NCBI GenBank assembly: GCA_963811145.1
Contig: CAWEQC010000003.1
Span: 785,511 to 849,510, forward strand
Direction: 5' to 3'
From: an uncultured Chloroflexia bacterium
GTDB lineage: Bacteria > Chloroflexota > Limnocylindria > QHBO01
DNA: 64,000 bases
Below the pieces are notes generated by a model. The model was not told where the DNA came from. It was given only the letters and a program-made list of their open reading frames with translations, and searched no databases. Shown piece by piece: positions 31,937-42,065 of this stretch (its first letter is position 1; the number at the start of each line of letters is the position of its first letter). The translations under genes were made by a program, and so were the position numbers.

Positions 31937-31941
31937 CGTAG
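31926..31941 (-). promoter_or_regulatory. Candidate response-regulator binding motif, copy 3 (inverted)
   Basis: Reverse complement CTACGTCATTCGGCCG matches copy 1 at 15/16 positions; overlaps the kinase stop codon, about 60 bp upstream of the REC gene. Confidence 0.5.
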
Positions 31942-32000
31942 GCGAGCGTCGGGCGGATGCCCTCTAGGCGGCTCGCCTTTAGGAAGCTAGGCTCGTTTAC

Positions 32001-32399
32001 ATGTCCGCCACTCAGCGCCCCACTCTGCCCACGTCGCCGCGGGTGGTGATCGTCGATGCGGATCGTCGCGTCCAGCAGAGCCTTGCCGACCTCCTGGGCG
32101 TGACCGGCGAGGTCCGCGTGGTTGGTCGCGCCGGTGACGTCCGCGCCGCCCTCGAGCTGGTGGAGGAGGAGCGCCCGGATGTCGTGCTGGTGGATCCGCG
32201 GCTGCCGGACATCGAGGCAGGTCTCGCGCTCATCGCGGGGCTTGCTCGCGCATGGCCATCGATGCGCGTCGTGCTGACGGGCTGGAGCGACACGGAGGGC
32301 CACGCGCCGCTCGCGGCGGGCGAGGCCGCCTACGTGAGCAAGAGCGCGAGCCCGGAGCGATTCGCCGAGGCCATCGTCGACGCCTGCTGCCCGGCCTAG
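32001..32399 (+). CDS. Stand-alone receiver-domain protein
   Basis: RVVIVDAD, PDVVLVDPRLP, VVLT, YVSKS. Confidence 0.8.
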   Translation: MSATQRPTLPTSPRVVIVDADRRVQQSLADLLGVTGEVRVVGRAGDVRAALELVEEERPDVVLVDPRLPDIEAGLALIAGLARAWPSMRVVLTGWSDTEGHAPLAAGEAAYVSKSASPERFAEAIVDACCPA

Positions 32400-33461
32400 A
32401 GCTCCATCGCCGTCCCGGATGGCGCCGGGATCGGCCGGGATCGGCGTCAAGGTTCCCTCATCGGCCTGGACCGCGTCCGGATCCTTGAGGCCATGACCGG
32501 TCAGCACGCAGACCACCGTCTCGCCTGCGCCGATGCGCCCTTCGCGCGCGAGGCGTCGCACGCCCGCGACGCCGGCCGCTGAGGCAGGCTCGCAGAAGAC
32601 GCCCTCGAGCCGCACGATCAGGCGCTGGGCCTCGAGGATCTCATCGTCGCTGACCGCCTCGATCAGGCCGCCCGATTCGTCGCGCGCGGCCACGGCCGCC
32701 TGCCACGAAGCCGGGTTGCCGATGCGGATGGCAGTGGCGACCGTCTCGGGCGCCTCGACGGGCTCGCCGCGTACGATGGGCGCGGCGCCTTCCGCCTGGA
32801 AGCCAAGCATCCGCGGCAGCTTCGCGTCGGGGGTGCGGCCCGCATCGGCATACGCCCTGAAGCCGGCCCAGTAGGCGGTGATGTTGCCGGCGTTGCCGAC
32901 CGGGAGCGCCAGCGAGTCGGGAGCCCGGCCCAGCGCATCGACGATCTCGAAGGCGGCCGTCCGCTGCCCGGTCAGTCGGTCGGGGTTGATCGAGTTGACC
33001 ACCACCGCCAGGCCCTCCTCGCCCAGGCGACGCACGGCGGCCAGCGCCACGTCGAAGTTTCCGTCGACCATGATCAGCCGCGCGCCGGCAGCGAGTGCCT
33101 GGATCAGCTTGCTGCGCGCCACCTTGCCGGCCGGCAGGATCACGTGGCACGGCAGCCCAGCCGCCGCCGCGTACGCCGCGGCGGATGCGCTGGTGTTGCC
33201 GGTCGACGCGCAGACCACCGCCCGAGCGCCCGCGGCCACCGCCCGGTTCACGGCCAGCACCATGCCACGATCCTTGAACGAGCCGGTCGGGTTGGCCCCC
33301 TCGAACTTGAGGTACAGCCGCTCGACGCCGATCTCGGCGCCGAGGCGCCTGGCGCGCATCAGCGGCGTGCCGCCCTCGCCGAGCGAGATCGGAAATGATT
33401 CGCCGTCCTCGGCGATCAGGTCGCGGTAGCGCTCCAGGAGCGGCTGCAGGTGGGGCGTCAC
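32396..33461 (-). CDS. thrC: Threonine synthase (apparent frameshift in the last codons)
   Basis: SLGEGGTPL, KFEGANPTGSFKDRG, CASTGNTSAS, PVGNAGNI, ETVATAIRIGNP, EGVFCEPASA, LTGHGLKDPD. Confidence 0.94.
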
Positions 33462-33500
33462 GACACGGAGTATAGGAAGGCGCGGACATGATCGGCCGCG

Positions 33501-33887
33501 ATGCGCTGGCTGTCCGCCGCGCTCCTCGTGGCCGTCAACACCATCCCGCTCATCGGCGTCGCCCTTCTTGGGCTGGTGCTTGTGGTGATCTTGGTCCTCT
33601 ATTGGATCGAGTCGGCGATCGTCGGCATCGTCGACGTCCTCAAGATCGCGCTGGCGCGCGCGGCCCCTCAGTCACGGGTTATATCAGTAGTGATATATCG
33701 CCTGACAGTGGCGTCCCACCGAGCGTCTGCGTGTACGGCTGGAGTCAACTCGCCTGGAAGGGGACGGGCGCCGATCAGTTCGGCGACTTGTGATCCCGGG
33801 ATTGGTCGTCGGTCGTCACCCGTTCAGTGCCCCGTGAGCGCCTCGCGGACGATGCGTGCCTGCTCGACGTGGTGCGCCGCCGGATAG
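33501..33887 (+). pseudogene. Probable truncated DUF6498-like membrane protein fragment
   Basis: LLVAVNTIPLIGVALLG...LYWIESAIVGIVDVLKI resembles the DUF6498 N-terminus; protein-like sequence ends where the 38-bp element starts (33671). Confidence 0.5.
33671..33708. repeat. 38-bp AT-rich imperfect palindrome, copy 2
   Basis: GTCACGGGTTATATCAGTAGTGATATATCGCCTGACAG; core TATATCA-GTAG-TGATATA is a perfect inverted repeat. Confidence 0.85.
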
Positions 33888-36800
33888 CCCTCCGCGGGGC
33901 GAGAGCGCTCGGGACGCGAGATGTCGCCGAGCGGGATCTTGTACGGCACGAGGTGCCGGATCCGTGGCAGCACGAACTTGCGCGCGCCCATGTTGCGCGG
34001 CTCCTCCTGGACCCATGCGAACGACTCGATCTTCGGATAGCGATCGAGCACCGCCTGCAGGTCGGTGTCCGGGAAGGGGTAGAGGCGCTCGACCCGGACG
34101 ATCGCGACGTCCGGGGCATCCTCGCATCTCCGGAGCGCCGATCAGGTCGTAGTAGATCTTGCCGCTGCAGAGCAGGATTCGGCGGACCTTCGCGGCCGCC
34201 TCCGCATCGGCGGCGGAGCGCGGGTCATCGAGGACGCTCTGGAACGCGCCGGTCGTGAGCTCTGACGTGCGCGAGGCCGCCTCCGGCAGGCGGAGGAGCG
34301 ACTTGGGGGTCATGACCACGAGCGGTCGCGCGTCGCGGTGGCGCGCCTGACGGCGCAGCAGGTGGAAGTACTGAGCCGGCGTCGTCGGATAGACGACACG
34401 GATATTGCCCTCGGCGCCGAGTGCCAGGAAGCGCTCCAGCCGGGCCGACGAGTGCTCCGGGCCGGAGCCCTCGTAGCCGTGCGGCAGGAGCAGGGTGAGG
34501 CGTGAGGTCAGCCGCCACTTCGCCAGCCCGGATACCAGGAACTGGTCGATGATGATCTCGGCCCCGTTGACGAAGTCGCCGTACTGCGCCTCCCACAGCA
34601 CCAGCGCGTCCGGCGCGGTGACCGCGTACCCGTACTCGAACCCGAGCGACGCGTACTCGGAGAGCGGGGAGTTATGGAGCTCGAACGCCGCCTGTGAGCC
34701 GGGCAGGTGCTGGAGAGGCACGTACCGCTCCCCGGTGATCGCGTCCCAGAGCGCCGCATGTCGCTGGCTGAACGTGCCGCGCGCCGTGTCCTGGCCGGTC
34801 AGCCGGATCGGTGTCCCCTCGTCGAGCAGCGTGGCGAAGGCCAGCAGCTCCGCGTGCCCCCAGTCGATCCGCGGCTCGTCGTCGCCCAGGGCATCCGCCC
34901 GACGCTTGAGCTGCTTGCCGAGCTTGGGGTGAATCGTGAATCCGTCCGGGACGGTCGCGATCGCAGCGTTCAGCTTGCGCAGCCGGCGCAGCCTGCACGG
35001 CGGTCTTCGGCTCCGTCTCCTTCTGCTGCGGGATCGCCTCCGAGCCGCGGTCGAGCTCGCCCTCGCTCTCGTCGGTCCCCTTGCGCAGCGACGCCTGGCG
35101 CGCCGCCAGGTCGCGCTGCGCCTCCTTGATCCTGGCCTCGGCTTCGGCCGCCGTGATGGCCCCGACCTCGACCAGCTGGGCCTGGTAGAGCTCGCGAACG
35201 CTCGGGTGCTCGGCGATCCGGGTGTACATCGCGGGCTGGGAGTAGGCCGGCTCGTCGCCCTCGTTGTGCCCGTAGCGCCGGTAGCCGACCAGGTCGATGA
35301 CGACGTCGTGCCCGAACGCCTGGCGGTACATCATGGCGAGGCGGGCGGCCGCCAGGCACGCCTCCGGGTCGTCGGCATTGACGTGGACGATCGGCGCGTC
35401 GAAGCCCTTGGCCAGGTCCGAGCTGTAGGCGGTGGAGCGGCCCTCGCGCGGACCGGTCGTGAAGCCGACCTGGTTGTTGGCGATGAGATGAACGGTGCCG
35501 CCGGTGCTGTAGCCGTCGAGCCGTGCCAGGTTAAAGGTCTCCGCGACCACGCCCTGCGCGGCGAAGGCGGCGTCGCCGTGGATGAGCAGCGGCAGGGTGG
35601 ATGCCGGCGCCGTCGTTGCGGCCGGCACGGAACGATCCGTCTGATCGGCGCGCGTGCGGCCCTCGATGACCGGGTCGACGGCCTCCAGGTGGCTCGGGTT
35701 CGGGGAGAGCACCACGCGCACCTCCTCGTCATCGGCGGTGAGGTAGCCGCCCTCGGCGCCGAGGTGATACTTCACGTCGTCGAGGCCGCCCTTCGGCGCC
35801 GTGCCTGCGTCACCACCGGCCCGGCCGGCCTCGAACTCGGCGAGGATCGCCTCGTAGCTGACACCGACGACGTGGGCAAGCACGTTCAGCCTGCCACGGT
35901 GCGCCATCCCGATCATCACCTTGCGGGCGCCCTGGTCGGCGGCATCGCCGATGATCACGTCGAGCATCGGCACCATGGCATCGAGGCCCTCGATGCTGAA
36001 CCGCTTCTGCCCGAGGTACGCCTTGTGAAGGAAGCGCTCAAGCGTCTCGACGCTGATCAGCCGCTCCAGCAGCGCGACCTGGTCCTCGACCTGCATCGGC
36101 AGCCGATGCTCGCCCGACTCGATGATCCGTCGCAGCCAGACCCGCTCCTCGTGCGAGCCGATGTGCTCGACCTCGTAGGCGATCGTGCCGCTGTAGGTCT
36201 CCTGGAGATGGGGGAGCGCGTCGGCAAGCGTCTTCCCGGGGACGTAGATGCGCATCAGCTCGGCCGGGACCGTCCGCATGTTCTCCGGGGTCAGGCCCAA
36301 TGGCGCCGGATCGAGCGCCGGGTCGCCGGCCGGCTCCGAGCCGAGCGGATCGAGCCGGGCGGCCTTGTGCCCGAAGTAGCGGTACGCCTTCACCAGCGCC
36401 ATCCCCGCTGCCACCGCCTTGAGCCGCTCGCGCTGCTCGCCCTCGGTTGCGGTGACTTCCGGCGCGCCCGCCGACTCGGCCGGCGACGGCATCGGCTCGT
36501 CGGTCGTCACGTCCGCGGTCCTGGCACCCAGGTCGCCGAACAGGTCGGCAAAGAAGCCGTCCTCGCCTGAGAGGAGCGATTCCGATGCGCCGCAGGAATG
36601 CCCCGGACTCCGCGCCCTGGATGATCCGATGGTCGTAGGTCGAGGTGATCGTCATGCGCCGATCGCCGCCGACGCTGCGAATCGTGCCGGTGGCGACGAT
36701 CGTGCCCTGGTTCGGCATCAGGCGCGGCACGCTGGCGGTGGTGCCGAGCGTGCCAGGGTTTGTCAGGGTGACGGTCGCGCCGGCGAAGTCGTCCGGCGAC

Positions 36801-37491
36801 AGCTTGTTGGTGCGCGCCTTCTCGACCAGCTCCTCGTAGCGGGCGTGGAAGGCGGCGAAGTCCATCTCGTCGGCGCCCTTGATGACCGGCACCACCAGGA
36901 AGCGCGACCCATCCTTGCGCTCGACGTCGACCGCCAGCCCGAGGTTGATCCTGCCCGGGTCGACCCGATAGGCCTGCCCGGCGATCTCGGTGAAGTAGTG
37001 GCTCATCGAGCGCTGCTCCGTCGACGGCGCGCACGATCGCCCAGCCGATCAGGTGGGTGAAGCTCGACCTTGCGTGGCGCGATCTGCTGGTTGAGCTCAT
37101 TCCGCCGCGCCTCGAGCATCGCGACGTCGATGTCGCGGAAGCTGGTGGCGGTCGGGACGCCCAGGCTGGCCACCATGTTCTGGGCGAGCCGCGCGGCCGG
37201 GCCCTTGATCGGTGTCGCGCCTTCGGGGACCGATGGCGTTGCTGGGGTGGCTTCAGGCGTGGTCGGGACGGCGTCGGGCGCCGGTGGCGCCTCGGCGTCG
37301 ACCGGGCGATTGCCATTCGAGGACGACGCCACCGGCTCGTAGCCACCGGCTCCCGAGTCGAACAGGCTGCGCCACTCGGCGTCGACGCTGGCGGGGTCGC
37401 TGCGATAGCGCTCGTATAGATCGGCCACGTAGCCGGCGTTGACGAGGTTCAGCTCGTCGAGCGTATCGGTCGGCCGTTCAGCGTCGGACAT
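33824..37491 (-). CDS. kgd: Multifunctional 2-oxoglutarate dehydrogenase E1 with fused succinyltransferase domain (Kgd/OdhA type; several frameshifts)
   Basis: NAGYVADLYERY; E2-like INLGLAVD, TLTNPG, TYDHRIIQGAESG; E1 GQKRFSIEG, GMAHRGRLN, DVKYHLG, HGDAAFAAQG, GHNEGDEP, WEAQYGDF, GPEHSSARLERFL, WVQEEPRNMG. Confidence 0.93.
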
Positions 37492-37581
37492 GTCGTAACC
37501 AAGGATACGGTGCGCGCGCAGGCCTCGCGGAGCACCACGCCATGGGTCCGCGGGCTACACCGAGCCGGACGTTCCCCGGCG

Positions 37582-38165
37582 CTACGCCCCCTTTGGTTCG
37601 CGGCGCTCGAGCATCCCCCGGAACAGGACCACGACCCCGATCCCGATCACGGCCACGGGCAGCAGCCACTCGGGGAGCGCAAGCCGCTCGCCGCCGATTC
37701 CGATGACCCCCTCGAAGAACAGGAAGCCGACGGCGAAGAGGGCGAGCCCTCCGAGCAGGCCCCAGGTCCCGTTCCGAAGGTCGCTGACGCTGCCGCTGCG
37801 CACCCCCCACAGCGCCAGCCCGAGCCCGCTGGCGGCCGGCCCGACCAGCGCCCAGGCGTAGGCCCAGCTCTCCCATCGGCCGGTCTGGTCCTGGTAGAAG
37901 AGAACGAGCCCGACGGTGGTGACGATGGTCCCGCCGATGACCATGCCCTGCTCGTTCGCGACCAGCAGGCCGATCAGGAGGATGGCCAGGCCGGTGGCGA
38001 TCACGAAGAAGGGCCAGCCGATGTCCTCGATGCCGATGCCGGCCAGCTGGCCGGCGAAGAGGCCGCCCCGACGAGCACCAGGATGAGGCCAAACGCCAGG
38101 GTTGGCGTGGCGTTGCTGTGTGCCGCGGGCTGGCTCGTGGCGGCGTCGGTCGGCGACTCTGTCAT
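37582..38165 (-). CDS. Multi-TM hypothetical membrane protein (frameshift near 38065)
   Basis: GWPFFVIATG, GLVLFYQ...RWESWAYAWALV, WLLPVAVIGIG. Confidence 0.7.
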
Positions 38166-38217
38166 GCGCCGATCCTAACCCCCGATGCAATGGTGGTCGC
38201 GGCTAGCATGTCGGCTG

Positions 38218-38977
38218 ATGGACCTCAACGCCGATCTCGGCGAGAGCTTCGGCCGCTGGACGCTCGGCGACGACGAGCGCCTGGCGCGACACATCACCAG
38301 CGCCAACCTCGCCTGCGGATTCCACGCCGGCGACTTTCGGGTCATGGAGATGACGGTGGCCATCTGCCGCCGGGCCGGCGTTGCGGTCGGGGCGCAGCCC
38401 GGCTATCCCGACCTCCTCAACTTCGGCCGTCGGCCGCTCGACGTACGGTCCGGACGAGGTCGAGTCGATGGTGCGCTATCAGATCGGCGCGCTCGAGGCG
38501 TTCTGCCGCGCCAGCGGCATCGAGATGCAGCACGTCAAGCCGCACGGCGCGCTCTACAACCAGGCGGCGGCCGACCCGGCGCTGGCGGGCGCCATCGCGC
38601 GGGCGACGGCGAAGTTCAGCCGTGACCTGGCGCTCTACGGGCTGGCCTCCTCGGAGCCGATGGCCTCGGCCGCGGCGGAGGCGCACCTGCGCTTCGTGCC
38701 CGAGGCATTCGCCGACCGGCGCTACCTCCCCGACGGCTCACTCCAGCCGCGCGGCGAGCCCGGATCGCTGCTGACGGACCCGGCGGACGCGGCCGCGCAG
38801 GCCGTCTCGATCGCGGTGGGCGGGCACGTCTCGGCCGCCGACGGCAGCCTGGTCTCGCTGCGGGCGGAGAGCATCTGCTGCCACGGCGACACCCCGGGCG
38901 CCGTCGAGATCGCCGCCGCCGTTCGGCGTGGGCTGGAGGGCGCGGGCGTGACGGTGGCCGCACTCGGCGCTCCGTGA
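38218..38977 (+). CDS. pxpA: 5-oxoprolinase subunit A (LamB/YcsF; frameshift near 38445)
   Basis: [51 protein letters not shown]. Confidence 0.92.
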
Positions 38978-39582
38978 TCCGGCCGTTCGGCGAGGCCGCG
39001 CTGCTCGTCGAGCTCGAGTCCGCCGACCTCGCACAGGCACTGGCCGCCTCCCTTCGCGCGGAACCGCCCGCCGGGATGGTCGAGACGGTGCCGGGCCTGC
39101 GGTCGCTGCTGGTGGAGCTCGATCCGCTGGCGGCCGACGTCGAGCTGGTCTCGGGCCAGATCGAGCGTCACCTCGCTGGCCTGCGGCCGCTTCCGGCAGG
39201 CGGCAGGCTGCACGTCATCCCGGTCACCTACGACGGGCCGGACCTCGCGGAGGTGGCGGAGCTCACCGGCCTCGCGGCGGCCGAGGTCGTCGCCGCCCAC
39301 GCCTCGGCCGAGCTGCGCGTCCTGTTCTGCGGCTTCGCGCCGGGCTTCGCGTACCTCGGCGACCTGCCCCCTGAGCTGCGGGTCGGTCGGCTCGCCACCC
39401 CGCGCACCCGGACGCCAAGGGGCTCCGTCGCCATCGCGGGAGCGATGAGCGCCATCTATCCCGCCGATCTGCCCGGAGGCTGGCGCGTCATCGGCCACAC
39501 CGACGTCGCGCTCTTCGATCCACACAGCGAGAGCCCATCGCTCCTCGTGCCGGGCGATCGGGTCCGATTCGAGCCGGCATGA
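38974..39582 (+). CDS. pxpB: 5-oxoprolinase subunit B
   Basis: YDGPDL, GFAPGFAYL, GSVAIAG, IYP..LPGGWRVIG. Confidence 0.9.
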   Translation: MIRPFGEAALLVELESADLAQALAASLRAEPPAGMVETVPGLRSLLVELDPLAADVELVSGQIERHLAGLRPLPAGGRLHVIPVTYDGPDLAEVAELTGLAAAEVVAAHASAELRVLFCGFAPGFAYLGDLPPELRVGRLATPRTRTPRGSVAIAGAMSAIYPADLPGGWRVIGHTDVALFDPHSESPSLLVPGDRVRFEPA

Positions 39583-40531
39583 TCGAGGTCGTCGAGCCGG
39601 GGGCACTGACGTCGGTCCAGACCGCCGTGGGGACGGCCGGGATGGCGCCACCTCGGCGTGCCGGTTGGCGGTGCCGCCGATGCCTGGAGCGCGCGGCTGG
39701 CGAATCGGCTGGTCGGCAACGAGGATGGCGCCGCGCTGCTCGAGATCACCCTGATCGCGGGCCGACGCTGAGGTTCGAGACGGCCACGGCGGTCGCGATC
39801 ACCGGGGCGCGCGTTCGACGCCACGCTCGACGGCCTGCCGCTGCCACCGTTCGCAGGACGTCCGGTGCGCGCCGGCTCGCTGCTGCGCATCGGACGTCAG
39901 GCGATGGGGCGCGTGGCTACCTCGCGATCTGGCGGCGGGATCGAGGTTCCGTCGGTGCTCGGTTCGGCAGGCGACCGACCTGCGGAGCGGATTCGGTGGG
40001 CATGAGGGGCGGGCGCTGCGCGCCGGCGATCGCCTGGCGCTCGGGACGTCGGTCCGGCATCGTCCGACGCTGGACCGGCCATCTGCGGCAGGGACCGATT
40101 CGGATCGTGGCCGGGACCGCACGTCGGGCTGCTGGGCCTGGAGGCGCTGGTCGACGCGAGCTGGGTGGTCGGCACCGAGGCCGATCGCGCGGGCGTGCGG
40201 CTTGACGGTCCCGCGCTGGCGGCCGCAGCGCAGGACGTGCCCTCGATGGGCCTGCCGATCGGCGCCGATGCAGGTGCCCCCCGACGGCCGGCCGATCGTC
40301 ATGCTGGCCGACCGCCCGGTCACCGGCGGCTACCCCGTGCCGGCCTGCGTGATTCGCGCCGACATCGGCCGCGTCGCGGCGTTACGAACCGGCGACCAGG
40401 TGACGTTCGCATCGGTCTCCGTCGAGGATGCTCGCGCGGCGCTGTTGGAGATGGAGAACGAGCTCGCCGCCATCGAGGACGTGGATTCGTCTCCGGGCGA
40501 CGAGCTCGGCTGGGCTGGAGCCCTGGAGTGA
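39579..40531 (+). CDS. pxpC: 5-oxoprolinase subunit C (multiple frameshifts)
   Basis: PGALTSVQ, ANRLVGN...LEITL, DRAGVRL, QVPPDGRPIVMLADRPVTGGYP. Confidence 0.88.
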
Positions 40532-40532
40532 G

Positions 40533-40833
40533 CTAGTCCTGGAGCTCGTCCTGCGGACGGAAGACGAGATGCCTGGCGCCATCATCGGCGGTCACGTCGA
40601 TCGCCGCGTCCTCGAGCGGAGCGGCGAGCTCGGGCGCCACGAAGACCCGCAGGCCGTCCTGCTCGGTCACGTGGTCGCCGTCGGCCGGCGTATCGGTGAA
40701 GCCGAGGCCGACCGTGATCTCGTCGGGCTCGGTCGTCTCGGGAAAGATGCGCAGGCCGTACGTCTCGGGAACGTCCTGCCCTTCGCGGAGCTCGGACAAG
40801 GAAGGTGGCCGCGTCGGGAGTGATCTGAAGCAC
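40533..40833 (-). CDS. HesB/IscA-like domain protein without Cys ligands (frameshift near 40800)
   Basis: LQITPDAA...GLRIF...PADGDHVTEQDGLRVFV...LEDAAID; RBS AAGGAG. Confidence 0.65.
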
Positions 40834-40894
40834 TGGTTCTCCTTGGGATGTACCTACGAGGCGCTTCAGGCCCGCAAGACCGATACCACCGCGC

Positions 40895-41874
40895 TCATCC
40901 GGCGGCCAGGACGGTGCGCAGCGTCTCGACGCTCACGTTGCGGCCGGTGGTGACGATGGCCACGCGGCGGCCGGCGAGGTCCAGCAGCCCTGGACGCAGC
41001 GCCGCGATCCCGAGCACGGCACTGCCCTCCAGCAGCAGGTGCGGCACCTCGACCGCCCAGCGCATTGCCTGCGCGATCTCCTCCTCCTCGACCACGACCA
41101 CCTCGTCGACGAGCTGGCGGCAGAGGCGCCAGGTGATGCTGGTGCGCTCGATGTTGCCGGCCACGCCATCGGCGAGGGTCGGGGCGATCGGCATCGGGTC
41201 GGTCGAGCCGGTCTCGAAATGGGCGTACATCGGCGGCGACGCGGCCGGCTGGACGCCGATCAGCCGCAGGCCGGGCTTCATCGCCTTTGCCCACAGGCCG
41301 ATGCCGGCGATCAGCCCGCCGCCGCCGATGGGCACCACGATGGTGTCGACCTCCGGCCAGTCCTCCAGGATCTCGACCCCCACCGTCGCCTGGCCGGCGA
41401 TCACCTCCGGATCGTTGTAGGGCGGGATGTAGATCGCGTGGCCGGCGTCGTCTCGCCGGCGGGCCTCGGCCTCGGCGTCATCGGTGTCGTTGCCCGCGAG
41501 CTCGACCGTGATGCGGCTCGTCTCGAGCGCGCGAAGCCGCTCGAGCTTGGCCGGTGAGACCGATCGACCGACGAGCACGGTGAGCCGCATGCCGTGGCGG
41601 ATGGCGGCGGTGGCGACCGCGATCCCGTGGTTGCCGCTGCTGGCGGTCACCAGCGCCGCCTCGGGGCGCTCCTCGGCCACGATCGCGACCTTGTTGTGGG
41701 CGCCGCGCGTCTTGAACGCGCCGGTCGGCTGAACCTCCTCGCGCTTCAGCCGCACCTCGGCCGCGCCGGTCGCCTCGGCCAGCTCACGACTCGGCTCCAG
41801 CGGGGTGTGGAGCGCGATGCCGCGCAGCCGCGTTCGTGCGGCGTTGACGTCGGCGAGGGTCGGACGCGAGGCAT
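40895..41874 (-). CDS. PLP-dependent threonine/serine dehydratase family protein (no ACT domain)
   Basis: HTPL, LKREEVQPTGAFKTRGA, TASSGNHG, IAGQAT, PIGGGGLIAG, TLADG, TGRN. Confidence 0.88.
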
Positions 41875-41916
41875 GCGGTGGAGTGTCGCAGGTGCTTCAC
41901 TCGCGCGCGAGGGATG

Positions 41917-42060
41917 CGCGCTTGACCCGCCCCACGGGTCAAAGCGCGGAGGAGCGACGCAGAATGCCGGGCTCAGCCGCGATCTGACCCGCAATACGGG
42001 TGGATCGCGTCGGAGCTCGCGCTCCGTCGCTCGTTGACCCGCCCCACGGGTCAGCGGCGA
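41917..42060. repeat. Three REP-like palindromes with core TGACCCG-N5-CGGGT
   Basis: CGCGCTTGACCCG-CCCCA-CGGGTCAAAGCGCG (41917-41948); CGCGATCTGACCCG-CAATA-CGGGTGGATCGCG (41978-42009); TCGCTCGTTGACCCG-CCCCA-CGGGTCAGCGGCGA (42027-42060). Confidence 0.75.
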
Positions 42061-42065
42061 ACGCC

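Noticed and set aside
41917-42060. Mini CRISPR array
   Set aside because: Only three units with divergent flanks and unequal spacing (62 and 50 bp), no leader and no cas genes.
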